Of a stretch of DNA of 64,000 nt, positions 9,208 to 19,465 are shown one piece after another. How positions within the stretch are numbered: the first letter of the stretch is position 1; each line of letters opens with the position of its first letter. The position numbers and the translations under genes are program-made. The DNA comes from Patescibacteria group bacterium (GTDB lineage: Bacteria; Patescibacteriota; Minisyncoccia; Phycocordibacterales; CAIZLB01): contig JAZKJG010000001.1 in the NCBI GenBank assembly GCA_040384445.1, positions 71,650 through 135,649 of the forward strand, in the 5' to 3' direction. A model generated the notes under the pieces. The model was not told where the DNA came from. It ran no database searches and worked only from the letters and a program-made list of their open reading frames with translations.

Positions 9208-9585
9208 ATGCGTATACTCGGTATAAATCTTAAAGACGATCAGAGAATAGAGATGGCCCTAACTGGTGTGTACGGTATCGGACGACCACGAGCTCACACA
9301 ATTTTAGATGAAGCAGGTGTTGAGTACGGTATCAAATCTAAAGATCTTTCAGCAGATCAAGAAAATAAAATTCGACTTGCAGTTGAAGTGTATAAACTTG
9401 AAGCTGATTTGAAACGAGAAATCGGAACTAACATTAAACGATTAAAAGATATTAAATCTTATCGTGGAGTGCGACATATAAAAAGACTTCCTGTACGAGG
9501 ACAGCGAACTAAGACAAACTCTCGAACATTGAAGGGTGTGAAGAAGACTATGGGTTCAGGAAAGAAAAAAGAAACAAAGAAGTAA
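9208..9585 (+). CDS. rpsM: 30S ribosomal protein S13
   Basis: MRILGINLKDDQRIEMALTGVYGIGRPRAHTIL is the S13 signature. It is in the rpsM-rpsK-rpsD-rpoA-rplQ synteny block. Confidence 0.95.
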   Translation: MRILGINLKDDQRIEMALTGVYGIGRPRAHTILDEAGVEYGIKSKDLSADQENKIRLAVEVYKLEADLKREIGTNIKRLKDIKSYRGVRHIKRLPVRGQRTKTNSRTLKGVKKTMGSGKKKETKK

Positions 9586-9614
9586 TTCTTTTTAATAACT
9601 ACTAATATATCCTT

Positions 9615-10034
9615 ATGGCAACAAAACCAGTTAAAAAAACAACAACTAAAACAGAAACGAAGACAGCAAAATCTGCATCTAAGCGAAAGCTTACATATGC
9701 AATGTTGCATATTCAATCTACATACAACAACACAAAGGTTGTACTTACAGATGAAAAAGGTAACTCAGTTGCTCTTTCTTCATCAGGAGCGCTTGGATTC
9801 CGAGGGGCTAAAAAAGGTACACCTTTTGCAGCTGCAAAGATTGGAGAGGTTCTTGCAGATAAGGCAATCCTTATGGGAGTTAAAGAAGTTGGTGTTGTTG
9901 TAAAAGGAACAGGTTCAGGACGAGAGTCTGTTGTACGTTCTTTTATTTCAAAAGGAATTAACATTGATTCTATTAAAGATCGAACTCCAGTTCCTCATAA
10001 CGGTCCAAAGCCTAAGAAGCCAAGAAGAATATAG
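9615..10034 (+). CDS. rpsK: 30S ribosomal protein S11
   Basis: LHIQSTYNNTKVVLTDEKGNSVALSSSGALGFRGAKKGTPFAA. Confidence 0.95.
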   Translation: MATKPVKKTTTKTETKTAKSASKRKLTYAMLHIQSTYNNTKVVLTDEKGNSVALSSSGALGFRGAKKGTPFAAAKIGEVLADKAILMGVKEVGVVVKGTGSGRESVVRSFISKGINIDSIKDRTPVPHNGPKPKKPRRI

Positions 10035-10077
10035 TCTTCATTTATTTACAATTACTTACTCTATATAAACACTACAT

Positions 10078-10683
10078 ATGATAATAGGTCCAAAATACAA
10101 GATTGCAAAAAGACTCGGAGCTCCAATTTTTGAAAAAACTCAAACTCAAAAGTTTCGACTAAAGCTTGAAAATGCTCCACGGGCAAAGCGAGGAAAAACT
10201 AAAAGTTCATACGGACTACAGCTTATTGAAAAACAAAAAGCTCGATTTACATACGGAATTACTGCAAAGCAATTTGGCCGATATATTAAAGAGGTGATTG
10301 ATTCAAAAACAATTCATGCTCCAGAAGAATTGTATAAGAAACTAGAAACTCGTCTTGATAACGTTGTGTATCGAATGGGTCTTGCAAGTACAAGACGATT
10401 TGCACGACAGCTTGTATCACACGGACATGTTCTGTTAAACGGAAAGAAAAATACTATTCCTTCAGCTCAGACATATGACGGAGATGTTGTTTCTATTCGA
10501 GAAGGAAGTAAAAACACTAAAGCGTTTGCAGAGGCTATCGAAAGAAGTAAGAACTATGCAATGCCTACATGGGTTACATTTGATATTGATAAGATGACAG
10601 GGAAGATTACAAAACTTCCAACTCTAGCCGGACAAGATGTTTTGTTTGATCTTGGACAGGTAATCGAATTCTCAAAACGATAG
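10078..10683 (+). CDS. rpsD: 30S ribosomal protein S4
   Basis: S4 N-terminal domain plus an S4 RNA-binding domain (RRFARQLVSHGHVLLNGKK). Confidence 0.93.
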   Translation: MIIGPKYKIAKRLGAPIFEKTQTQKFRLKLENAPRAKRGKTKSSYGLQLIEKQKARFTYGITAKQFGRYIKEVIDSKTIHAPEELYKKLETRLDNVVYRMGLASTRRFARQLVSHGHVLLNGKKNTIPSAQTYDGDVVSIREGSKNTKAFAEAIERSKNYAMPTWVTFDIDKMTGKITKLPTLAGQDVLFDLGQVIEFSKR

Positions 10684-10719
10684 ACACACTGATTTATTTA
10701 ATTAATTTAAAACAATATT

Positions 10720-11697
10720 ATGATACATACATCAATTGTACTTCCATCAAAACCAAAAGTTATCCGAGAAAAAGGAAACACAGGTAGTTATGAAGTAGAA
10801 GGACTATATCCTGGATATGGACATACTCTTGGAAACTCACTCCGAAGAATTATTCTCTCATCTCTTACAGGATTTGCAATCACTTCAGTGAAAATTGCTG
10901 GTATTCCACATGAATTTTCAACAATTAAGGGTATTAGTGAAGATGTTATTCAAATTATTTTAAATCTTAAGAAGATTAAGTTTTCTGTTGTAGGAAATGA
11001 AGAAATCGTTCTACACCTTAAATCAAAAGGAATTGGAGAAGTAAAAGCTAAAGATATTGAAGTAAGTGGACAGGTTGAAATACTAACTCCAGATGCACAT
11101 ATTGCAACTATTACAGAAAAAGATGCGATCCTAGATATGGAAATCACACTTACTCAAGGTGTAGGATATGTTGCGAAGGAAATGCTCCAGAAAGATCGAG
11201 TTGCAGTAGGAACTATCGCACTTGATGCTTCATTTTCACCAATCGTACACGTAAGTTACGAAGTTGAACAAATGCGAGTTGGAGAGAGAACAGATTTCAA
11301 TAAACTTATTGTTTCAATTGAGACTGATGGAGCAATTGCTCCAAAAGAAGCATTTGAGAAAGCGGTTGAGATCATGATCGTACAGCTTAAGGCTATTATC
11401 AACTTTGTTGATGTAGAGCCTGAGATTCATGCATCAGTTAAAGAGGTTGATGCAAAAAACACTTCTGAAAATGAAGTAGATAAAGATGTATTGGATGATG
11501 TTCTAAAGACTCGAATTGAATCTTTAGAGATTGGTCAACGAACAATTAACGCTCTTATTGAGGCAAACATCCGAACTATCGGAGGTCTGATTCGAAAAAA
11601 AGAACAAGATATCCTAGACATCGACGGAATCGGTTCAAAGGGTCTTGATGAGCTTAAAGAGGTTCTTGGAGGCTTTAATCTTTCAATGAAAGAATAA
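10720..11697 (+). CDS. rpoA: DNA-directed RNA polymerase subunit alpha
   Basis: NTD (GYGHTLGNSLRRILLSS) and a CTD with a helix-hairpin-helix (LEIGQRTINALIEANIRTIGGL). Confidence 0.95.
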   Translation: MIHTSIVLPSKPKVIREKGNTGSYEVEGLYPGYGHTLGNSLRRIILSSLTGFAITSVKIAGIPHEFSTIKGISEDVIQIILNLKKIKFSVVGNEEIVLHLKSKGIGEVKAKDIEVSGQVEILTPDAHIATITEKDAILDMEITLTQGVGYVAKEMLQKDRVAVGTIALDASFSPIVHVSYEVEQMRVGERTDFNKLIVSIETDGAIAPKEAFEKAVEIMIVQLKAIINFVDVEPEIHASVKEVDAKNTSENEVDKDVLDDVLKTRIESLEIGQRTINALIEANIRTIGGLIRKKEQDILDIDGIGSKGLDELKEVLGGFNLSMKE

Positions 11698-11738
11698 GTG
11701 TTGATTTATTCAGGAAAATAAGCTATATTTACACAACT

Positions 11739-12089
11739 ATGAGACACCACAACGGCAACAGAAAATTCGGAAGAGGAAGAGATCAGCGAAAAGCTCTCCT
11801 ACGTTCACTTATGCGTGAGCTTTTTGTACATGGAAAAATTACTACAACTCTAGCAAAAGCTAAAGAAGTTCGACCATATGCAGAAGATCTTATTACAAAA
11901 GCACGAGTTAACACTGTTGCCTCACGACGTGACGTTCTTAAGAGAATGGCAAACAATGACATCGTTGGAAAACTATTCAGTGAAATTGCTCCAAAGTATC
12001 TTGATCGAAACGGTGGATATACTCGAATCCTAAAAACTGGTCCTCGATACACTGACTCTGCAGAGATGGCAATTATCGAGCTGGTATAA
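11739..12089 (+). CDS. rplQ: 50S ribosomal protein L17
   Basis: MRHHNGNRKFGRGRDQRKALLRSL is the L17 N-terminus. Confidence 0.93.
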   Translation: MRHHNGNRKFGRGRDQRKALLRSLMRELFVHGKITTTLAKAKEVRPYAEDLITKARVNTVASRRDVLKRMANNDIVGKLFSEIAPKYLDRNGGYTRILKTGPRYTDSAEMAIIELV

Positions 12090-12100
12090 TAATTATTTAT

Positions 12101-12445
12101 ATGAAATACACAATAGACGCAAAAAATAAAAGATTAGGAACAGTTGCACAAGAAGCTGCGGCATTTCTAATGGGGAAAAATTCAGTTGATTTCGCACGAA
12201 ACGTAGTTCCAGAAGTTACAGTTGTTATTGCAAATGCATCACAAATGGATATTACTGACAAACGAAAAGCAGAAAAATACTATTTAACATACTCAGGATT
12301 TCCAGGAGGACAAACAAAAGAATTTTTGGGAGACCTAGAAAAAAGACGAGGTATTGCAGAAGTTCTAAAAAGAGCTGTTATCCGAATGCTTCCAAAAAAT
12401 AAGCTACAGTCACGAATGATTGCTAACCTACAAGTTACAGAATAA
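12101..12445 (+). CDS. rplM: 50S ribosomal protein L13 (short form)
   Basis: L13-like sequence in the canonical rplM-rpsI pair. Confidence 0.8.
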   Translation: MKYTIDAKNKRLGTVAQEAAAFLMGKNSVDFARNVVPEVTVVIANASQMDITDKRKAEKYYLTYSGFPGGQTKEFLGDLEKRRGIAEVLKRAVIRMLPKNKLQSRMIANLQVTE

Positions 12446-12468
12446 ATTTACATACATAATATATACAT

Positions 12469-12876
12469 ATGGCAACAAAATCAGACGCAAAATACTACGA
12501 AGCAGTAGGACGAAGAAAAACATCAGGTGCACGAGTTCGAATCACTCCATCAACTAAAACTACAGTTGTTGTAAATGGTATTCCTCACACTGAATATTTT
12601 AAAACTGTTGAACTACAGAATACTGCAATTGAATCTCTAACAAAAATCCTTCCTGAGAAATCATTTGAAATCACAGTTAAGGCTACTGGAGGGGGAATCA
12701 ACGGACAAGCTGAGTCAACTCGACTTGGTATTGCACGAGCGCTAGAGGTATTTGATGCAGATCTACGAGCCCCACTTAAGAAAGAAGGATTTCTAACTCG
12801 AGATGGACGAGCTAAAGAGCGAAGAAAGTTCGGATTGAAGAAAGCCCGAAAATCACCACAGTGGAGTAAACGATAA
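12469..12876 (+). CDS. rpsI: 30S ribosomal protein S9
   Basis: YEAVGRRKTSGARVRI...KKARKSPQWSKR is the S9 signature with its C-terminal basic tail. Confidence 0.95.
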   Translation: MATKSDAKYYEAVGRRKTSGARVRITPSTKTTVVVNGIPHTEYFKTVELQNTAIESLTKILPEKSFEITVKATGGGINGQAESTRLGIARALEVFDADLRAPLKKEGFLTRDGRAKERRKFGLKKARKSPQWSKR

Positions 12877-12884
12877 TACTTGCA

Positions 12885-12915
12885 AAAACTCACCTTATGG
12901 TGGGTTTTTGTTTTA
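12885..12915 (+). terminator. Rho-independent terminator after rpsI
   Basis: aaaactcacc-ttat-ggtgggttttt hairpin followed by a T-run. Confidence 0.55.
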
Positions 12916-12948
12916 TGTGGTAGTGTATGCGAAGGTAAGTGATCATAT

Positions 12949-13275
12949 TTGCCTGAACCTTCTAAAAATATGAATCAAAGAGTATATGACTGTACTATAA
13001 GATTTATTCGTAAAAAAACTCCAGAAAAATTACTGAATTTCCTTATGGAGATCCGAGATGGTTCTAATGCTGTAAGAAGCACCAAGATAGGGTCTATACT
13101 GTTAGGTGTTTCTGTTTCTCTCAGTGTTTCTGCTAAAAAAGATACTTTCCCTGAATCCTATTGTTCCTCGGTAGAAATAGAACATATTCTCGGCAGAATC
13201 CCTACAGAATTCGCTTCTGAAATGCTTCTGCTTCCTCATCCAATTCGAACAATGGATGATCTTATTCTCGCTTAA
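12949..13275 (+). CDS. Hypothetical protein (GC-elevated island between rpsI and grpE)
   Basis: ORF only, with no domain. It is followed by the hairpin ccctagccctacgg...ccgtttggttaggg plus a T-run. Confidence 0.3.
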   Translation: MPEPSKNMNQRVYDCTIRFIRKKTPEKLLNFLMEIRDGSNAVRSTKIGSILLGVSVSLSVSAKKDTFPESYCSSVEIEHILGRIPTEFASEMLLLPHPIRTMDDLILA

Positions 13276-13411
13276 ACTCATCCCTAGCCCTACGGTTTCA
13301 TTCCGTTTGGTTAGGGTTTTTCTTTTATCAAATATTTTACATTCCTACAATCATGTGGTAAGGTAAATTTGGGTGCATAATGAAATGTACCTAAACCCAC
13401 CTTGAAAAACC

Positions 13412-13837
13412 ATGAAAAGTTACATCTTGAATCTTTTTCGGTGTATCACTGGCTCAAAAACGCAAGAAAGAAACATTTGGGACGGAGGATTCTTCCTGTT
13501 TATCGTCCAAGGGATTGTTGATTATTACCCTGAAAAAGTGGAAAGTAAGGAAGAGGAAGATCCTGCTATACCATCAATGAACAGCTTCCTCCGGGAACTT
13601 CGTGATGAACCAGAGAGTTTGACGCAAACACTCATTCGTTCTGAGGCATTGTACGTTGAACTTGCCAGGTATATGTACCTGGAGAAGAAAAACAGAGATC
13701 ATCCTCTTGGAAAAGGGGAAATTGAAGTCTTTCTTATTTCGGATACATGTGAACTTGTTCGTCGTCTCAGAATTCACTTCACCAAGGAAATGGCAAACCT
13801 CCCCAAGGAAAAGAAGTTTGCTGATATTCCTGATTAA
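13412..13837 (+). CDS. Hypothetical protein
   Basis: ORF only. Codon composition differs from the flanking core genes. Confidence 0.35.
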   Translation: MKSYILNLFRCITGSKTQERNIWDGGFFLFIVQGIVDYYPEKVESKEEEDPAIPSMNSFLRELRDEPESLTQTLIRSEALYVELARYMYLEKKNRDHPLGKGEIEVFLISDTCELVRRLRIHFTKEMANLPKEKKFADIPD

Positions 13838-13856
13838 CCTCAACCAAACTTGAGCC

Positions 13857-14237
13857 ATGGAACCAAAATACGTTATTCTGTGTTCGGTCATTTATGTCCT
13901 TACAGGTCTCTACATTGCCCTTAAATCCATAGCGATTTGGTCAAAGGATCATAATTCCCGCCGATGGGCAGTAATTCTGTATCCATTTACCACCTTAGTA
14001 TGCCATCAGTTCGATAGGTATTGGGGCAGAATGTGGTTTCATAAAGGTCGTATTACCGCCATGGATAAAACTCCCATCTTCGATTTTTTTATCGATGAGG
14101 GATTCAAGCCATGCTGGACCGGAAAGATCTACGTGCTCTTGCATGTACTCTTCTGGCCAATCCGACTGCTCGTGAACTTGGGTGTATATCTCAAGTACTG
14201 CAAACCTCACCCCGCCCCACAAGTTGTCAGATCTTAA
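13857..14237 (+). CDS. Hypothetical membrane-anchored protein
   Basis: ORF with one N-terminal TM. It is followed by a strong terminator hairpin. Confidence 0.35.
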   Translation: MEPKYVILCSVIYVLTGLYIALKSIAIWSKDHNSRRWAVILYPFTTLVCHQFDRYWGRMWFHKGRITAMDKTPIFDFFIDEGFKPCWTGKIYVLLHVLFWPIRLLVNLGVYLKYCKPHPAPQVVRS

Positions 14238-14248
14238 ACTGAGCATAC

Positions 14249-14292
14249 GCCCGAACCCTACGTTCCATACGTTAGGTTCGGGCCTTTTTTTA
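14249..14292 (+). terminator. Rho-independent terminator (gcccgaaccctacg / cgttaggttcgggc stem plus T7)
   Basis: 14-bp stem, 7-nt loop and a T-run. It is related in sequence to the hairpin at 13280-13320. Confidence 0.7.
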
Positions 14293-14326
14293 TTTACAAT
14301 ACACCACAAAAAATCTTTAAAACCTC

Positions 14327-15025
14327 TTGAAATTGAAGCAGAGACCATTTACAATACTATCTATGAATGACGAAATAAAAGACCAGAATTTACAGGATAT
14401 TCCTGACAAAAAAGAACCTGTTCCAATAGATCTTGATCATGAGGAGATAGATGACCATATTATAGAGATGCTTGGTGGAAAGAAAAAGAAAGCGGAAGTT
14501 GTGGAAGATGAAGATGATGTGGTGAGCGAAGAAGAGGCTGAAAATCCAAAATCAGTTATAAAAAAACTGCGAGAAGAATTAAAGACTGCAAAGCAAGAAA
14601 AGATGGACGTGATGACATCTTGGCAAAGAGACAAGGCAGATTTTCTTAATGCTCGAAAACGAGATCAAGAGACTCAAGCAGATGTAATTAGATTTGCAAA
14701 TCAAAATGTTGTACTCGATATGTTGCCAACGCTTGATGGGTATGAGCAGGCAAAAGCACAACCAAGTTGGGTAGCGGTTGATGAAACGTGGAGAAAAGGA
14801 GTTGAAGCACTTATGGATAAGATATATGCATCACTTCAAAAAATTGGTGTTGAAAAATTTGGAAAGATTGGAGATGTGTTTGATCCTAATCTTCATCAGG
14901 CTATTGGAAATGAAGAAACTACAGATAAAAGTAAAGATCACACTATTTCATCAGTAATGCAAACAGGGTATACGCTTCACGATAAAGTGATTCGGCCAGC
15001 TATGGTAAAAGTATTTCAGGCATAG
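14327..15025 (+). CDS. grpE: Nucleotide exchange factor GrpE. The start is possibly at 14364 (MNDEIK)
   Basis: Coiled-coil N-terminus and a GrpE core (DFLNARKRDQETQAD...LDMLPTLDGYEQA...TGYTLHDKVIRPAMVKV). It lies upstream of dnaK. Confidence 0.85.
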   Translation: MKLKQRPFTILSMNDEIKDQNLQDIPDKKEPVPIDLDHEEIDDHIIEMLGGKKKKAEVVEDEDDVVSEEEAENPKSVIKKLREELKTAKQEKMDVMTSWQRDKADFLNARKRDQETQADVIRFANQNVVLDMLPTLDGYEQAKAQPSWVAVDETWRKGVEALMDKIYASLQKIGVEKFGKIGDVFDPNLHQAIGNEETTDKSKDHTISSVMQTGYTLHDKVIRPAMVKVFQA

Positions 15026-15110
15026 TGAAAGAAAACTTGACAAGCACTGTATAATGGGTATATGGGCTGACAAATAATATCAGTTAATTAATTTAAAATA
15101 CACAATCATT

Positions 15111-17018
15111 ATGACAAAAATCATCGGAATCGATCTTGGAACAACAAACTCAGCTGTAGCTGTGATGGAGGTTGGTGAGCCAAAAATATTAGACAACGCA
15201 GAAGGTGCACGAACTACACCGTCTATTGTTGCTATTTCAAAAACAAATGAGAGACTTGTTGGTCTTCTTGCAAAGCGACAAGGGGTAACAAATCCTAAGA
15301 ACACTGTGTTTGGTGTGAAGCGATTTATTGGTCACTCATACGACGAATCAGATGTACAGAAAGATAAAGGAACTGTGCCTTTTGATATTTCAAAAACTGC
15401 TACAGGAGGTATTGCGATCAGGATTGGAGATAAAGACTATACTCCGGAGGAAGTTTCTGCGATGATTCTAACTAAGCTTAAAAATGACGCAGAAGCAAGA
15501 ATTGGAGAGAAGATAACAGAAGCGGTGATCACAGTGCCTGCGTATTTTAACGATGCACAGCGACAAGCTACAAAAGATGCAGGACGAATTGCAGGTCTTG
15601 ATGTAAAGCGAATTATCAACGAGCCTACTGCTGCTGCACTTGCATATGGATTTAATAAAAAGAAAGATGAGAAAGTGGCAGTGTTCGACTTCGGAGGGGG
15701 AACATTTGATATCTCTATTCTAGAGGTTGGAGCAGAAATCGTTGAAGTAAAATCAACTGATGGAGATGCTCACCTTGGAGGAAAAGATATTGACCAGAAA
15801 ATTATCCACTGGATTGCAGATGAATTTAAAAAAGAATCTGGAATCGATGTGCGAAATGATGCACTTGCTCTACAGCGACTAGATGAGGCTGCAGAAAAAG
15901 CAAAAATCGAATTGTCATCAGCTGTCGATACAGAAATCAACATTCCATTTATTACATCAGATGCAAATGGACCACGTCACCTTGTGCTCAAGATGACTCG
16001 AGCAAAACTGGAGGAACTTGCAGATGAGTTTATTACTCGAGCAATTCAGATTTCAAAACGAGCGATCGAAGCATCAGGATTTCCAATTGGAGATATTCAC
16101 GAAGTTATTCTTGTTGGAGGACAAACTCGAATGCCAAAGATTAAAGAAGCAGTAAAAGCACTTTTTGGAAAAGAACCAAATCAGTCTATTAACCCAGATG
16201 AAGTGGTTGCACTTGGAGCTGCGATTCAAGGAGGAATTCTTTCAGGAGATTCTTCTGTAAAAGATATTCTTCTTCTTGATGTAATTCCGCTTTCGCTTGG
16301 TATTGAAACTATGGGAGGAGTTGCAACACATCTTGTAGAAAAAAATACAACAATTCCAACATCACGATCACAAGTGTTTTCAACTGCAGCAGACAATCAG
16401 ACTTCGACAGAAATTCATATTGTACAAGGAGAACGAGCAATGGCGGCAGATAACAAATCACTTGGACGATTTATTCTTGATGGAATTCCACCAGCACCAC
16501 GAGGGGTTCCACAAGTTGAAGTTACATTTGATGTTGATGCGAACGGTATTCTAAATGTGAAAGCAAAAGATAAAGCTTCAGGAAAAGAAAATACAATTCG
16601 AATCGAAGCATCTTCTGGACTTTCAAAAGATGATATTGAAAGAATGAAACAAGAAGCTGAAATGCATGATGGGGAAGATAAGAAAAAGAAAGAACTTATT
16701 GAAATTCGAAACACTGCAGATCAGGCTATTTATACAGCAGAGAAAGCTCTCCGAGAGGAGAAAGAAAAGTTATCAGCTGAGCTTGTAACAGCAGTTGAAG
16801 CGAAAGTAACAACACTTCGATCTTCTAAAGATAAAGACGATATGGCGGCTATAAAGGCTGATACAGAGGCGTTATCTATGGAACTTGCAAAGGTTCATGA
16901 TGAGGTTGCGAAAGCGACTGCAGGCGCTCAGGCGGCTCCAGGAGCTGATGCTGGAACTCCTCCAACAGGTGAGAATCCTGCAGGAGAAGGGGAAGTGAGA
17001 GATGCAGAGGTTAAGTAA
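15111..17018 (+). CDS. dnaK: Chaperone DnaK (Hsp70)
   Basis: [18 protein letters not shown] and [11 protein letters not shown] signatures. 635 aa. Confidence 0.98.
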   Translation: MTKIIGIDLGTTNSAVAVMEVGEPKILDNAEGARTTPSIVAISKTNERLVGLLAKRQGVTNPKNTVFGVKRFIGHSYDESDVQKDKGTVPFDISKTATGGIAIRIGDKDYTPEEVSAMILTKLKNDAEARIGEKITEAVITVPAYFNDAQRQATKDAGRIAGLDVKRIINEPTAAALAYGFNKKKDEKVAVFDFGGGTFDISILEVGAEIVEVKSTDGDAHLGGKDIDQKIIHWIADEFKKESGIDVRNDALALQRLDEAAEKAKIELSSAVDTEINIPFITSDANGPRHLVLKMTRAKLEELADEFITRAIQISKRAIEASGFPIGDIHEVILVGGQTRMPKIKEAVKALFGKEPNQSINPDEVVALGAAIQGGILSGDSSVKDILLLDVIPLSLGIETMGGVATHLVEKNTTIPTSRSQVFSTAADNQTSTEIHIVQGERAMAADNKSLGRFILDGIPPAPRGVPQVEVTFDVDANGILNVKAKDKASGKENTIRIEASSGLSKDDIERMKQEAEMHDGEDKKKKELIEIRNTADQAIYTAEKALREEKEKLSAELVTAVEAKVTTLRSSKDKDDMAAIKADTEALSMELAKVHDEVAKATAGAQAAPGADAGTPPTGENPAGEGEVRDAEVK

Positions 17019-17046
17019 ATAAATGAAAAAACCGATACTGTATATC
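17016..17046 (+). terminator. dnaK terminator hairpin (aaaaccgata...tatcggtttttt)
   Basis: Inverted repeat followed by a T-run, immediately after the dnaK stop. Confidence 0.65.
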
Positions 17047-17085
17047 GGTTTTTTCATTTATATAATCGTGCTATAATCAGTAAAT

Positions 17086-18990
17086 ATGTGTGGCATCGCA
17101 GGATTCATCAACTACAGCAATCAACAAGACCCAACACTTCTCAACAAGGCGTTAAACTGCATCGTACACCGAGGACCGGATGATGATGGAATGTTTCGCC
17201 AAGATGCATTTCAAATGGGAATGCGACGACTCTCAATCATCGATATTGCACACGGAAAGCAACCCATAGCAAATGAAGACGGAACAGTAACAGTTGTGTT
17301 CAATGGGGAGATATATAACTACTTAGAACTTAAAATAAAACTTGTAACGCTCGGTCATGTATTTAAAACAGAAAGTGATACAGAATGCCTTGTGCATGGA
17401 TTTGAAGAATGGGGGAAAGATTTGCCAAAACATTTACGGGGAATGTTTGCCTTTTCAATTCATGACAGTAAAACAAATACACTTTTGATAGCGAGAGATC
17501 AATTTGGAATTAAACCTTTGTATTATCGATTAGAAAATAATTCTATTGTAAGTTATGCATCAGAAATAAAATCTCTGCTCGTAGATGCATCATACAAAAA
17601 ACAGATTAACATTCCCGCAGTTCATGCATATGCAACATTTCAGTACAATCCATTTCCAGAAACATTCTTTAAAGATATCTCTAAGTTATCTCCAGGACAC
17701 TCACTCACCATTAACCTAACCGATGGAATATTTAAAATAGAAAAATACTGGCAATTTTCGCTCGCTCCAAAAGAAGGTGATTTTGAGCAAAAAAAGAAAG
17801 ATATAGAGAAAACTATTATCGATTCTGTAAACCACCACATGATTGCAGATGTTCCTGTTGCTTCATTCCTTTCAAGTGGAGTTGATAGTTCTATTATTGC
17901 ATCGCTTGCACATAAGCATATTCAATCTAAAAATCCTGATCAAAAACTGACAACATATACGATAGGATTTGGAACTGATAGATCTGAGATTGATGATGCG
18001 CGAGAATTTGCAAAATATCTTGGAACTGACCACAAAGAAATTCAAGTATCTTTCGATGACTATTTTTCAGTACTTAAGAAATGTGCTTGGCATTTTGATG
18101 AACCTGTAGCTGACCCTTCTGCAATCTCTATGTATCTTATGGCACGAGAGGTAGCGAAGCATCATAAAGTAGTTCTTTCAGGAGAAGGAGCAGACGAACT
18201 TTTTGGAGGATACGGAATATATGCAGAGCCTCACAATCCATGGATTCAACTCATATCATTACAACCTGCGTGGTTTAAAAAATACGTGTTAAAACCTGCT
18301 GATTTTGTTACTCAAGAGATTGTAGATATGTTTCCTGTTCTTGCAAAAACTCCTGGGGTAAGTTTCTTGCATCGTGCATTGCAGCCTGTCCGAGAGCGAT
18401 ATATTGGGAATGCAAAATTATTTTCTGAACAAGAGAAGGATGTGTTATTTAAAAAATATACAGCAGTGAATCCTGTAACGCTACTTGATACTCAAAAAGA
18501 GAATATTGATGGATATACAGAATCTGAATATATGCAGTATATCGACGTGTTGAACTGGATGAGAGGGGATATATTGGCGAAGGCAGACAAGATGACGATG
18601 GCACACTCGTTAGAGCTCCGGGTGCCGTTTCTTGATATGGAAGTATACAACGTGAGTCGAGATATTCCAGATGCATGGAAATATAAAAACAATACTACAA
18701 AATTTGCTCTTCGAGATGCATTTGCATCATACATGCCTGCGAAAACTAATCATCGACCAAAGCTCGGATTTCCAACACCGTGGCATACATGGTTACAGAG
18801 AGATTGCGGTACTGTGAAGAAAACTATTTTGAGTTCTCCAATCATTCAGGAGCTTTGTCATGAGCATGCAGTAGAAAAATTATTTACAAAAAAAGCATTA
18901 GCAGATAAATTTATCGGACGAAGAATTTTTGTTCTCCTCCAGTTATCATTATGGTATGATGTATATATAGATGAAAATAAACCAGCATAA
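17086..18990 (+). CDS. asnB: Asparagine synthetase (glutamine-hydrolysing)
   Basis: The N-terminal MCGIAGF class-II glutamine amidotransferase nucleophile and an AsnB synthetase domain (SGGVDSS). Confidence 0.92.
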   Translation: MCGIAGFINYSNQQDPTLLNKALNCIVHRGPDDDGMFRQDAFQMGMRRLSIIDIAHGKQPIANEDGTVTVVFNGEIYNYLELKIKLVTLGHVFKTESDTECLVHGFEEWGKDLPKHLRGMFAFSIHDSKTNTLLIARDQFGIKPLYYRLENNSIVSYASEIKSLLVDASYKKQINIPAVHAYATFQYNPFPETFFKDISKLSPGHSLTINLTDGIFKIEKYWQFSLAPKEGDFEQKKKDIEKTIIDSVNHHMIADVPVASFLSSGVDSSIIASLAHKHIQSKNPDQKLTTYTIGFGTDRSEIDDAREFAKYLGTDHKEIQVSFDDYFSVLKKCAWHFDEPVADPSAISMYLMAREVAKHHKVVLSGEGADELFGGYGIYAEPHNPWIQLISLQPAWFKKYVLKPADFVTQEIVDMFPVLAKTPGVSFLHRALQPVRERYIGNAKLFSEQEKDVLFKKYTAVNPVTLLDTQKENIDGYTESEYMQYIDVLNWMRGDILAKADKMTMAHSLELRVPFLDMEVYNVSRDIPDAWKYKNNTTKFALRDAFASYMPAKTNHRPKLGFPTPWHTWLQRDCGTVKKTILSSPIIQELCHEHAVEKLFTKKALADKFIGRRIFVLLQLSLWYDVYIDENKPA

Positions 18991-19180
18991 ATCAAATCAA
19001 AAAGGTTTTCTCGAGGTGCTTGTAATTATTTTGATTGCACTCATCCTCCTTCGATTTTTAGGGATAGATATTGATGCAATTTTAGCGAAAGAGGGAGTAC
19101 AGAGTTTTTTTGCATATGTGAAAGACATGCTGGTTCTTGTATGGGGTGATTTTATGAAAATTATTAACGCGTTTAAGTAG
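18971..19180 (+). CDS. Small hypothetical membrane protein with a degenerate prepilin-like N-terminus
   Basis: QKGFLEVLVIILIALILL resembles KGFTLIEVLV with a 2-3 residue deletion. It is followed by a hairpin terminator at 19199-19245. Confidence 0.35.
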   Translation: MKINQHKSNQKGFLEVLVIILIALILLRFLGIDIDAILAKEGVQSFFAYVKDMLVLVWGDFMKIINAFK

Positions 19181-19249
19181 GGAAGTATAAATAGAAAAGA
19201 AAACCCCTTAGCCTACGGGGGGATAGGCTGGGGTTTATTTTTGTGGTTG

Positions 19250-19465
19250 TTAGTCCCACTGTCCTTTTCCGGACGACGCACAGAGTTGATTGAGCTGCTG
19301 TGTTGTCATTGGAGGTGAACCTTTCAGTACTCGAGGAGCAGAAGGTTGTGAAGATGTTTGCCGAGTAAGATTTCGGGCAGTTTCTCCATTAACGGTTATA
19401 ACCCCAAAGCGGGATTGGCCGTCTGCATTGATCCATTGGGCTACACGGGCACGACTCTTTGACAT
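19250..19465 (-). CDS. Small GC-rich ORF with a cold-shock-domain-like N-terminal half (possibly degenerate or acquired)
   Basis: RVAQWINADGQSRFGVITVNGETA resembles the CspA region [22 protein letters not shown]. The C-terminal half does not fit a CSD. Local GC is about 50% against about 36% background. Confidence 0.3.
   Translation of the reverse strand: MSKSRARVAQWINADGQSRFGVITVNGETARNLTRQTSSQPSAPRVLKGSPPMTTQQLNQLCASSGKGQWD

Noticed and set aside
13995-14348. 117-aa minus-strand ORF
   Set aside because: It runs straight through the strong terminator hairpin at 14249-14292 and overlaps the grpE start, so it is unlikely to be a real gene.
14238-15110. CIRCE heat-shock operator (TTAGCACTC-N9-GAGTGCTAA) upstream of grpE/dnaK
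   Set aside because: I looked for the inverted repeat in both upstream regions. Only a TTGACA/TATAAT pair, poorly spaced at about 7 nt, lies upstream of dnaK, and there is no CIRCE-like palindrome.
16415-16714. 99-aa minus-strand ORF inside dnaK
   Set aside because: It is antisense to dnaK and is a low-complexity S/F-rich translation.
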